NCBI GenBank assembly: GCA_000002435.2
Contig: CM018789.1
DNA length: 64,000 bases
Source of the DNA: Giardia intestinalis
Lineage: Eukaryota
Strand: one strand, 5' to 3'
In this document: positions 40,312 to 49,411 of the stretch, piece by piece
How the letters are laid out: every line of letters begins with the position of its first letter
Numbering within the stretch: the stretch's first letter is position 1
Translations under genes and position numbers: made by a program
Notes under the pieces: generated by a model
Told to the model about the DNA's origin: nothing
What the model saw: the letters and a program-made list of their open reading frames with translations, nothing else
Database searches by the model: none

Positions 40312-43254
40312 TCACGTCCCATCAATCGCCTTATGGGTTTGCATCAAGGTAACCAGCTGAGACGAATGTTGGCCATGAATGTAGATTGCAGCCCCGTCCA
40401 GCCACGCAAAGCCCTGCACCCCTCGTATTGGGCTTACCTGCCCGTTCACTCGCTCCAAGGTCAAAATGGTTCCTAAGGGCACGCTGTACACACAGATGTG
40501 TTTGTCCAAGATGCAGACCAGGATCCAGTCGCTCATTGTGTTAGCAGTAGAGAGGTTCACAAGGCCTATATACGCCTCTCCTTGAGCTAGAGGAACTGTA
40601 ATTGCATCCAGATAATCATAAATAGAAATATCTCTGTCGAGAGATAGAACGTCTCTTTGAAGACAGGCCAGTATTGGGAACTTGTAAATTCTGGCTACCT
40701 TTTTGGAGCCGTGGCTGAGAAGCATTAACCCAAGAGCCAAAGGAGCCTCGTCGTCTAGTCTGCTCACAAGCTGGTACCACTTGAGTTCTTCCTCTGGAAA
40801 GCGCTTTGCAGCAAGAGATTTGTCGACCGACAGGGATGGTATAGAAAGCCCAAACATCTTTCTTTCTCCAATGAATACGATGCAATAGAAGCGCCGCCCA
40901 TGCATTCCGTTCAAAATTGATATCCGCGGATTGGGGTTTCCCCCTATTGTTAGGTATGGCTGAGTGCTCCCCTTGGACTTGCCGATGTCTTGCTCCACAC
41001 AAGGACTTTGCCCTGCGGGCGTCAAGGTCCGCTCATAGTCCCCACACAATTGACAGACTAGCGCTGCACAAAGCTGCTTGTAGATCACCTTGTGTACTCT
41101 ATGCTGTAGCGGCTTTATTTCTTCGTACGACGCCCCTCCATCTGCCAGGTCATGATACAGTTCTATGACACAACAATCTGGAGTAATAAGCGCATAGCTA
41201 CTATTTGAACCAGCGTGAACCATCCGAAGCTGCAGACCTGGGACACGCCTGACGACCACGTCCGTTAAGTCTGTCACCGATAGCAGAAGGCTATTGAGAC
41301 TGCTAGACACCATTGATGTACGCCCCTCTTTGAAGGTACAGCGGCAGAGCAGGATGGTTTCAGAATGCATCATGAGTGAGCATAGAATCATACTGAGCTC
41401 GGGCACGCGCTTGCCGGCATAATCACTCTCCGTGATGTGCGTAGATGCTATTTCAAATTTCGAACAAGGAAGATGAAACGGTAGGGGAAGCCAATACTGA
41501 TCGCATGTTCTGAGATTCGTTATCAGGAGATAGTAGGCTGCTGCAAACAGTGGGCCAAACTCAGACGATGGATGAGAGTAAAGCCACCGCCGCAACAAAC
41601 AACTGGCAAACTCGTGTGCTTCATTAGAGGTGTGAACGGTCACCAGATAGTCGCCATAGACGTAAGTACTTGTCGAGAGTCTAGCTCTCAGATTTGCATA
41701 AAGGTCTCCGACAGAATCACGACTCTTTTGGGCGGCTTCAGTTACATCAAATGGTAGAACCGGCAAGCGCAGCCTTTTCTCTACCAGATGCTTGCCCTTG
41801 TTGTAGTAATTAACAACAGCAGGGAAAATACTACAGAACGGCCTGTCAGGGCCAGCATCCCAATAGAACTCCAACCTTCTGAAGAGATGGTACCTTGAAA
41901 AAGATATCGCCACAAGCTGATCTGCATTTCGTTCTAGATGCGGGCTGGCTCTCAGTTCATACACTGGCCCGTGATCCTTGTTACTATGTAAAAGAAAACT
42001 TTTGTACATGGGAAGAAAAGAGTGTAGCTGCTGAGGTTCTGCATTGATGGCGGGATCAACGCAATGACACGTGATGCCATCGCCATTGTAGCTAATCAAA
42101 ACAGAAAGAGGAAGGTTGTGAGGATTAAAGTCGATCAAATCTAGACGAAATATAACACTTTCTGAAGTGAGGATTCCGGGCAATGTCAACGGAGCCTCAA
42201 CAAACGCAGGGACATTGTGCAGAGGCTCGTTCTTCAGGGTCACCCTCTTGGCACAGAAGACCTTTTGCTGTCTATGATTCAATAGAAGCAGATTCTCTGC
42301 ACACCGCACACAACCAGTGTACTCTGCGCGTGTAGTAAGATAGGCCTCAAGCAGAGTAACAAAGGATACTCCCATTGCACTCCATGTCATGTACAGCAAC
42401 ACACCGGGGCTCCCAACGATAAGATAGTAGTAGATAGGCCCTTTAGACTTTTGATCTTCTAACTCATGACTGCGAAACCTTTCAACCTTCAAGATGGAAA
42501 GTCGCTTGTATTTAATGAAGGCCTCCCGCCACTTGGCATCTTTGGTGCTGTCATAGTAAAGGGTGATGTTGCCCTCGCTTAGTCGCTGGATATATAGAAA
42601 AGAGCCATAGACTGCCACAAGCACGTCCCCTAATTCCTCCATATGTACGGTCATGTGTAGGCCATTTGGACTTCCTAACTCTGATCTTCGGGTGGCAAGG
42701 GTATCATGTAAGAAGTGCGGATGGATGCTCTGCACAACAAGACGTCGCTTGCCTCCCACTGAAACTGTATTACACTGGATGATGGATTGCATTGTCAAAA
42801 GAAACAGTTGCTCGGCACAGGAGGCCACGGACTGGATGCTCATAAGCTTGTCGACGCACTTGAGCCGAGACTCAAAGCAAACATCTTCCCAGTTATTTCC
42901 ACAGATGAGAAGAACCAGGTCGATAATAATGGCTCCCATGTTTTCCTCTACTATCTGGGGAACAGCAGGGTCTTCTTGTTCTTGCATGGAAGGAAAATCT
43001 TGATGAGCGCGTTGGAGCAACTTGCCGTCTTTCCCATCAACAGCCCGATGTTTTAAAGTGCACAGCACACACAGATAGTTGCTGTATCCGTGGATGATAA
43101 GGGATCCTTCAGTTCGCGACCCCAAGTCTACAAGCTGATATCTTGTCGTACTTCCGTCCCAGGTAGCCCACAGAATCACGATTCGTTGTTCAATGGCCAC
43201 TGCCAACACTATAAACCGACCCACCGCCAGTGCAACGTGCTGAGGCACGCTCAT
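40312..43254 (-). CDS. Hypothetical protein (980 aa)
   Basis: Long ORF with ATG start. No domain recognised. Confidence 0.5.
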   Translation of the reverse strand: MSVPQHVALAVGRFIVLAVAIEQRIVILWATWDGSTTRYQLVDLGSRTEGSLIIHGYSNYLCVLCTLKHRAVDGKDGKLLQRAHQDFPSMQEQEDPAVPQIVEENMGAIIIDLVLLICGNNWEDVCFESRLKCVDKLMSIQSVASCAEQLFLLTMQSIIQCNTVSVGGKRRLVVQSIHPHFLHDTLATRRSELGSPNGLHMTVHMEELGDVLVAVYGSFLYIQRLSEGNITLYYDSTKDAKWREAFIKYKRLSILKVERFRSHELEDQKSKGPIYYYLIVGSPGVLLYMTWSAMGVSFVTLLEAYLTTRAEYTGCVRCAENLLLLNHRQQKVFCAKRVTLKNEPLHNVPAFVEAPLTLPGILTSESVIFRLDLIDFNPHNLPLSVLISYNGDGITCHCVDPAINAEPQQLHSFLPMYKSFLLHSNKDHGPVYELRASPHLERNADQLVAISFSRYHLFRRLEFYWDAGPDRPFCSIFPAVVNYYNKGKHLVEKRLRLPVLPFDVTEAAQKSRDSVGDLYANLRARLSTSTYVYGDYLVTVHTSNEAHEFASCLLRRWLYSHPSSEFGPLFAAAYYLLITNLRTCDQYWLPLPFHLPCSKFEIASTHITESDYAGKRVPELSMILCSLMMHSETILLCRCTFKEGRTSMVSSSLNSLLLSVTDLTDVVVRRVPGLQLRMVHAGSNSSYALITPDCCVIELYHDLADGGASYEEIKPLQHRVHKVIYKQLCAALVCQLCGDYERTLTPAGQSPCVEQDIGKSKGSTQPYLTIGGNPNPRISILNGMHGRRFYCIVFIGERKMFGLSIPSLSVDKSLAAKRFPEEELKWYQLVSRLDDEAPLALGLMLLSHGSKKVARIYKFPILACLQRDVLSLDRDISIYDYLDAITVPLAQGEAYIGLVNLSTANTMSDWILVCILDKHICVYSVPLGTILTLERVNGQVSPIRGVQGFAWLDGAAIYIHGQHSSQLVTLMQTHKAIDGT

Positions 43255-43610
43255 CTAACTTTCTCAAAAACACATAATGGAACCTCTCTGGTGCCTCGAT
43301 GAAAGAACTAGGCACACAATCGGCTCCAAGAACCATAAAAAGGAGACAACTGGAGCGCGTGCGTTCGAGAAAAGAGAGAGCAAAACTATTTACTCCAACG
43401 TAGTAGCACTTTTGCGGCATAAGTTGCTTTTAGAGGCCACCATACAGTACGGCTCGTTCCACAAAGCAGTCTCAAGTTCTTCGGAATAACGTCGACACCA
43501 TCCGATAGTGATCTTGAAGAAGCTTAGCGAGTCTGGGCCCTTCAATCAATGCTAAAGGGTCACTCGCTAACGGGTGTAACCCAGGAATACCCCAGGTGGC
43601 TGAGGACGCC

Positions 43611-44342
43611 CTAAGGCGAACGCTTCGTTGCCATTGAATAGCTCGGCTCAAAGTATGCCGCAGTGCAGAAGCTGGGTAGGGCGCCGGACGGGTCTGCAGC
43701 AGCCTCAGGAAAGATCAAGCTGCTGTCACAATTAGGACCCTTACCTGGGATTGCTTGGTCCTCAGCGACAGAGTGATCAGGTGGTTGTTTTTCCGCCTTA
43801 GAATCTGGAGCGGTACCCTTGCTGAAATCGAAGTCCAGCTTTATGGTTTTGATCTTCGTATAGATCTTCGTTCGGACCTTGAAAGACTCGTACACGTCGC
43901 GCTTCCAGGCGTCCTTATGCTTGTCGATTTCATCCTGATCAAGGGCCCTCTTCCCGGAATTGTTGTCGTTTTTCTTCTGCCTTTGAAGGCTCAGTATCAT
44001 TCTGTACGTCTTCTTTAGCTGGGCGAGCCTCTTCAAATATGCTCCAACCGCATCCTGAATTAGCGAAAAGTCTGTTTCAACAATTCTTGTGTGCTCTTCG
44101 GCAGCGTTCACAGTGCCGAGGATGGACTTGTAGATGTTGTTTTCCGATGCCGCTGTTGTCTCCGTGAGCATCGGGGCTCGATGCATCTTCAGCATGAGGC
44201 TTCGAAGGCTCTTGACATATCTGCGATAGATGAACTTATACGTTTTTAGGTACTTAACGAACCACGAAAGATTTTTACTGTCGACTTTCGAGGTCTTCAA
44301 GAAGGTCGCGTAGATCTCCTCCACGGACTCCACCTGAATCAT
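43611..44342 (-). CDS. Hypothetical protein (243 aa)
   Basis: ATG start, helical/charged sequence. Confidence 0.4.
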   Translation of the reverse strand: MIQVESVEEIYATFLKTSKVDSKNLSWFVKYLKTYKFIYRRYVKSLRSLMLKMHRAPMLTETTAASENNIYKSILGTVNAAEEHTRIVETDFSLIQDAVGAYLKRLAQLKKTYRMILSLQRQKKNDNNSGKRALDQDEIDKHKDAWKRDVYESFKVRTKIYTKIKTIKLDFDFSKGTAPDSKAEKQPPDHSVAEDQAIPGKGPNCDSSLIFPEAAADPSGALPSFCTAAYFEPSYSMATKRSP

Positions 44343-44522
44343 CGTTTTCTATTTATAAACTGCGAACACAACCATCTCATGTGCACAGGCAACGCCTGGC
44401 TAGCACGTAGCAGCGCTCCAGCGTTTCTCTTGGAGAATAGCTTGTCTGCAGTTTACAGGTCAAGGACTTTCAAGAAAACTTATTACACTAAAACAGGTTG
44501 GGGAAATAAACACTCTAATTAG

Positions 44523-45746
44523 ATGTCGGCCCCGAAGCTGGACTTCTATCATCGCAAGGTCCGCATAGGGATCTCCGGCTTCGGTAGGATTGGCCGGTTC
44601 GCCCTTCGCTACGCCCTTACTTGCCCCAACGTGGAGATTGCCGCCATCAACAACAGGAACATGGAGCGTGCCTACTTCCACTACCTGTTTACCCACGATT
44701 CTGTTCACGGCCCTCCCCATGGCTTCACGTGCTCCCTCTCGTGCCCGTGCGGAGAGACAGATTGTAATTGCTCTGGAAACAACAGCGCGGACCACAACCT
44801 TATATGGTTCAATGACAAGCCCGTGTACTTGTTCACTGCCGGCGTGGCCTCGGAGATACCCTGGGAAGTGGCCAAAGTGGATGTGGTCTTGGAGTGCACG
44901 GGGGCGTACCTTACTGTAGAGTCGTGCATGCAGCATATGTCTCGACCGAATACGACCGTGAAGAAGGTCGTGATCTCCGCGCCGTCTAAGGAGAAGACCT
45001 GCCCCACCTTCGTCTACGGGGTCAATCACAAAAAGATCAACGCAGGGAACCACACAAAGTACTCCGTCATCTCTAACGCCTCGTGCACAACAAACTGTCT
45101 TGCTCCTCTAGCAAAGGTTATCCATGAAAACTTCGGAATCAAGCAGGCGCTGATGTCCACCATCCACGCGGTGACTGCGACTCAGCCCGTCACGGACTCC
45201 GTCATGAAGAAGCGCGACTGGAGGAGTGGCCGAGCGTGCTTGAGTAACATCATCCCGGCCTCCACCGGAGCAGCGTCAGCCTTGACGCTTGTTATTCCAG
45301 AGCTTGCAGGCCGCATCACGGGGACGAGCTGGCGGGTTCCTGTCCAGGACGTGTCTGTCGTGGACCTCGTTGTCGAGACGGAGAAGGACACGTCTTATGC
45401 AGAGATATGCGCGGCCGTCAAGCGGGCCTGTGAAACTCCAGACGAGCTCTGCGGCATCATGGCGTACAGAGACGACTTCTGTGTCAGTAGTGACTTTCTG
45501 ACCACCACCACGATATCAAACTTCGACAGCAAGAGCGGCATAGAGCTTCACAGCAGGTTCTTTAAGCTGGTGAGCTGGTATGACAATGAGTGCGGCTATA
45601 GCGCTAAGCTTGTTGACATGGCAGCATACCTTGGGTCTTTCGTTGTGATGGACGAGTGGGCCGCGATAGAGAAGACGAAGGGCCGAGGGCGCACATCTAG
45701 TGTCCTTGGGCGCGATGTCGAGGACGTTGTCGGCTCTTCTAAGTGA
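44523..45746 (+). CDS. Glyceraldehyde-3-phosphate dehydrogenase, divergent paralog
   Basis: NAD-binding 'ISGFGRIGR', catalytic 'SNASCTTNCLAPLAKVIHENFGI', 'WYDNECGYS'. It has a Cys-rich insertion (CSLSCPCGETDCNCSGNNSADHN) and a ~40-aa C-terminal extension relative to canonical GAPDH. AGTGAAT overlaps the stop (45742-45748). Confidence 0.9.
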   Translation: MSAPKLDFYHRKVRIGISGFGRIGRFALRYALTCPNVEIAAINNRNMERAYFHYLFTHDSVHGPPHGFTCSLSCPCGETDCNCSGNNSADHNLIWFNDKPVYLFTAGVASEIPWEVAKVDVVLECTGAYLTVESCMQHMSRPNTTVKKVVISAPSKEKTCPTFVYGVNHKKINAGNHTKYSVISNASCTTNCLAPLAKVIHENFGIKQALMSTIHAVTATQPVTDSVMKKRDWRSGRACLSNIIPASTGAASALTLVIPELAGRITGTSWRVPVQDVSVVDLVVETEKDTSYAEICAAVKRACETPDELCGIMAYRDDFCVSSDFLTTTTISNFDSKSGIELHSRFFKLVSWYDNECGYSAKLVDMAAYLGSFVVMDEWAAIEKTKGRGRTSSVLGRDVEDVVGSSK

Positions 45747-45758
45747 ATTAGTAGAAGG

Positions 45759-46454
45759 CTACTTTTTGAGGGCTGCCTTGATCTCGGCCTTCGAGACAGC
45801 GATGGGAGGCAAGGATTTCTTCATTTCTGCGTAGGTAGCGGCTGGCAGTCCTTCCTCAAGACCAAGCTGCTCTATGAAAGCTGACGGCTTCAGCCCTGCG
45901 CCTTCCGAAAGAGCGTCGATAAACTCTCGGCACGTCGCACGGCGAGAGGCCCACGCAGTCATTGCATCCTTGTAATCCTTCTGCAGAGTCAGCATGTCTG
46001 CGTCACTAACAATCGCATTGCTCTCGTGTATGAGGCGCAGCTTTTCGTCGTTGGCAGAGACCTGCTGGCGCAGCTCCTGAACCTCCTGTCTGAGGAGATC
46101 GGTGACAGGGGCCGCCTCGAGGTTCTTCTGGGTGATCCTGAGTGTTTCACTCTGCTGCCCAAGCTTTCCAACCTGAGCTCTAAGGTCGTTTATCTGGGCA
46201 TTTATTTCCATGAGCTGCGCGTCCGAAAGAACCTCAAGCAGATTCTGGTTCCACAAGTAGAGTTTCCCTGTTTTGCCTATTTCGGTGTAGATGCACAGGT
46301 TCTGGGCCACGAGCTCGTCCAGAGCCTTTTGCACCGTTGCTTTTCCATATCTGCTCCCTGTATTGTTGATGGCAGTCTGAACGTTCTGAGGCTTATTGGA
46401 GCTCTGCATCAGCTCTTTTACAGCCGCAAGGGCCTCCTTGTACGCAGCGGCCAT
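45759..46454 (-). CDS. Hop2/Mnd1-family meiotic homologous-pairing protein (Hop2-like)
   Basis: N-terminal winged helix 'YGKATVQKALDELVAQNLCIYTEIGKTGKLYLWNQ' resembles Hop2 'GKxAVxKxLxxLxxxGKIxEKxYGKQKIY'. Followed by a coiled coil. Size 231 aa. Confidence 0.5.
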   Translation of the reverse strand: MAAAYKEALAAVKELMQSSNKPQNVQTAINNTGSRYGKATVQKALDELVAQNLCIYTEIGKTGKLYLWNQNLLEVLSDAQLMEINAQINDLRAQVGKLGQQSETLRITQKNLEAAPVTDLLRQEVQELRQQVSANDEKLRLIHESNAIVSDADMLTLQKDYKDAMTAWASRRATCREFIDALSEGAGLKPSAFIEQLGLEEGLPAATYAEMKKSLPPIAVSKAEIKAALKK

Positions 46455-46708
46455 AAAAAGCTATTTTAATTGCATAGAGGACTATCTGCTTTTAAACGGT
46501 AAACAGGAAGCGGCTTTCTCAGGCAAGAGTAATATCAAGCCCAGCTTCGGGATCCACGGGGCATCAAGCGCATGTTCACACGGGCATGTCAGATCCCGCG
46601 AAAACTCGTTCCGGCAAAGCTTATGTTCGCGGAGGGTGTGATAACACTTTCTTATGGACACCTTTAAAACGCCAAACACCAAATTCAGATTTTATTCTAG
46701 AAATACCA

Positions 46709-47014
46709 ATGGTCGTGCTTGTTGTTGAGACCGCGCAGGAGAGCAGGAACCCGATAATGAGCAGCGTGACGGTGGAGCTTACTGATGACAAGGAGGTTAA
46801 GGTCACGCCGAAAGACGGAGAGTCAACTTTACTAAAGGACGTGCAGCTGGTGTCTGCAAGCGATACACAGCTCGTCATCACCGGAACGGACCAGAAGAAC
46901 AACACCCTGAGATATTACACGTTTAAGCATCAGGAGCTCTCGAAGCAGCCCGACTACGACAAATTCAACAGTCTACCCAAGACAGACCCCATCAAGGCGT
47001 TAGAGATGATATAA
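46709..47014 (+). CDS. Small hypothetical protein (101 aa)
   Basis: An AT-rich initiator-like stretch ('aaattcagattttattctagaaatacca') sits immediately before the ATG at 46709. The track ORF extends to an upstream ATG (46586), which is less likely. Confidence 0.35.
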   Translation: MVVLVVETAQESRNPIMSSVTVELTDDKEVKVTPKDGESTLLKDVQLVSASDTQLVITGTDQKNNTLRYYTFKHQELSKQPDYDKFNSLPKTDPIKALEMI

Positions 47015-47103
47015 TTAGGCGGCTAAGTAAATCAAGTGCTTAGGACCCTCAGTGCCGTGACTGTATCAAGGAGCTCCGGGGCAGGGTGGGAGATAGGGTC
47101 GAG

Positions 47104-48330
47104 TTATTCCCTCGCATACTTAGATGGATATCCAGTAGACTGGTCTAGCATGGGCCGCAGAACGCGCTGCTGATTGTACAAGCGGTACCGCGACTCGAGT
47201 GAGTTCCGATCAGTAAGCAAAACTCCGCCTGGCTTTGACAGGTCTATGCACTCGTCCATAGAGATATCCTGCCTATGCTCGTTTGCGTATCTTCTATTAG
47301 ACCTTGTACGAACGGGCTTTGACAAGGAACCCCCGTCTTCGGAGATCAGGTTCATGAGTCCCGAAATGGCATTGCGTGCCAAGTGTTCTGTGTCTGTAGA
47401 AGATGAGTCCGAGGTCTCTGCATCTTGCAAAACGACTGTATCACCATTGGGTGCATAGAACACGGGTGTCTCATCCAAAAGAGATTGCAACCTCCGGGCA
47501 CGTCTCTTTAGTAGAGCCTGGGACCCCAGGAACTTGCCGTAAAATTGAAGCGTTGATAGCCGCGGGCGCGCATCGGCGATTTCGCATGAGTCGGAAGATG
47601 TGTCGATATGGTGCCGGCTGTCTGTCGCAACGACCGGGTGGATGGGCTGCTGAGCTACTACGGGTGTGTCGAAGACAACCTTCTTGTCTCGAGATTGCGC
47701 CCGGACAAGCCGTTGAATAGTCTTCTGGGCATCTCGCCTGGTCGCCTTCTGGGTTCTGGCAGGTTCCCACATGTTGTGGTTGTGCTCTGTGAACGAACCC
47801 CTGCGACTACTAGCCCTGCTACTGCTTCTGCTACTAGCGCTTGTAGGTCTGCTGAGGCCACTAACGAGGTCGTACTTATCACTATTTTTAGGAACACGGC
47901 TTGTTTCTTCTCTGATCCGCCGCACAAGCTCGAATCTCCGTATGTCTTCGTCGTTGTACCACGGAGGATAAGCGATGGAGGGTTCTCGGCCAGCATCTTT
48001 GGTAGTGCTGCTTGCTCGGGAACCCCTGGAGCGGTTGCTGGAGGGCCTGCTGGTCTTTTTGCCATTGCTTTGCACTCGCACACTGGAGGGACTGTGGGAT
48101 CGGGACCGCGAGCCGCTTGCTCGTCGACTGTATCGAGGCATGGGGCGATAATATTCATCTATGAGGCCGTTGAGATAGCGGGGGTTTGGCGTACCCAGCC
48201 TGCTTCCGAATGTACACCCGGCCGTGGAGCGACCGTAAGCAGACGCGTTTCCTCTGCTAAGTACATAGTTGCTAAACATACAGAAGGTTTGTGAATTTTT
48301 GAAACTAATATTCATAGAGGAACGCTTCAT
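47104..48330 (-). CDS. Ser/Arg-rich low-complexity hypothetical protein
   Basis: The track starts at TTG 48348; the first ATG is 48330. Long SR/RS-rich tracts. Competing opposite-strand ORFs exist, so coding status is uncertain. Confidence 0.4.
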   Translation of the reverse strand: MKRSSMNISFKNSQTFCMFSNYVLSRGNASAYGRSTAGCTFGSRLGTPNPRYLNGLIDEYYRPMPRYSRRASGSRSRSHSPSSVRVQSNGKKTSRPSSNRSRGSRASSTTKDAGREPSIAYPPWYNDEDIRRFELVRRIREETSRVPKNSDKYDLVSGLSRPTSASSRSSSRASSRRGSFTEHNHNMWEPARTQKATRRDAQKTIQRLVRAQSRDKKVVFDTPVVAQQPIHPVVATDSRHHIDTSSDSCEIADARPRLSTLQFYGKFLGSQALLKRRARRLQSLLDETPVFYAPNGDTVVLQDAETSDSSSTDTEHLARNAISGLMNLISEDGGSLSKPVRTRSNRRYANEHRQDISMDECIDLSKPGGVLLTDRNSLESRYRLYNQQRVLRPMLDQSTGYPSKYARE

Positions 48331-49411
48331 AGCTGGTATCGTGGACAACTATGAACAGAAGGCTGTCCTGAAAGCATCGTCCTGTGTGTGGTGATGTAAG
48401 AAGTTTGTGGGGCATCTTGGCGGCCATTCTAAAGAGAACAGCGAGAGTGGGCGCACGCAACTGTTGAGAAGTCTCAGGTGCCGGTGTAAATTTTAGCGAG
48501 GGTTCTGCAGACCCGTTGATAATGCTCTCTGGTCCACAGGAAGAAAGAAGAGCCAGTATCCAGTTACATGCGTCCTCAGGGGACACTATGCAATCATAAA
48601 CACGCACGGGATAGTTAGTCACCACTTCTGGGAATGCGCTCCCCATGCTGCTCTGCAGTTGCTTGAAGGACTCCTTCCACAAATAGCCGAGGCTGTTGAA
48701 ATGCGTATCAACGCCATTTACAACGATCCTCGATGAAGGAGATAGAACATTCTCCCGCGTGGGAAGCTTCTCCGTCGAGATTAGTACCGTGTTCCGAATA
48801 AGACGCGTGAAAATATCGACGGCGGGAACTATCGGGACTCTGAGACCGCGCAGGCAACTAGGAGAGGCTAACCCAGGAGCGTGGCCCACTTGTAAATCTC
48901 CGTAGATGATTACCCCACGTTCGTCCTTAGGTGCTCGCTGGTGCTTGTTGCGCATGTAACTGAGAGAGATTGCTGTGGCAGATAGGGAGGATGCACCCAA
49001 AATCATCTTCCCGAGGGACGTGATTGTAACACAGTTAGATCCTCCCGCAGGATTCTTGTTGATTATTACGGCTCCCGGGTTCTCTGCGTACTGCCTCCCC
49101 AGCGCAGCTATATCTAGGCTATTAGCAGGATACTCATAGTACGAAAAAGGCGCCGGGGTCTGGCCTGGAGCCTTGTTGAGCAGTGCGCAAGCCCCAGTGA
49201 AAAGAACAAACTTCCCCAGCGTCTTGCGCAGTCGAGCAGGTAGGTCCCCTGCCCCACCGTATCGAATTGAGCGTGCGTGCATCTTCTTCGCGGAATACGC
49301 TAGACTTTTAAAGGGGCATCCGCTTAAAAAATGCTTTCTGAGTATGGTTGGTTTGGGGCTGTGAAGACTCGCAATTACGACAAAGTCATCGAGAATGTCA
49401 AAGAGTATCAT
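48305..49411 (-). CDS. Hypothetical protein (368 aa)
   Basis: ATG start. Overlaps the divergent ankyrin gene by 81 bp. The true start may be the internal ATG at 49282 (MHARSIRY...). Confidence 0.45.
   Translation of the reverse strand: MILFDILDDFVVIASLHSPKPTILRKHFLSGCPFKSLAYSAKKMHARSIRYGGAGDLPARLRKTLGKFVLFTGACALLNKAPGQTPAPFSYYEYPANSLDIAALGRQYAENPGAVIINKNPAGGSNCVTITSLGKMILGASSLSATAISLSYMRNKHQRAPKDERGVIIYGDLQVGHAPGLASPSCLRGLRVPIVPAVDIFTRLIRNTVLISTEKLPTRENVLSPSSRIVVNGVDTHFNSLGYLWKESFKQLQSSMGSAFPEVVTNYPVRVYDCIVSPEDACNWILALLSSCGPESIINGSAEPSLKFTPAPETSQQLRAPTLAVLFRMAAKMPHKLLTSPHTGRCFQDSLLFIVVHDTSYEAFLYEY

Noticed and set aside
47608-48294. 228-aa + strand ORF and 166-aa - strand ORF overlapping the Ser/Arg-rich gene
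   Set aside because: Low-complexity region open in several frames. The SR-rich minus-strand frame is longest and starts near an ATG, while the others lack starts or features. Coding status of the whole region remains only moderately supported.
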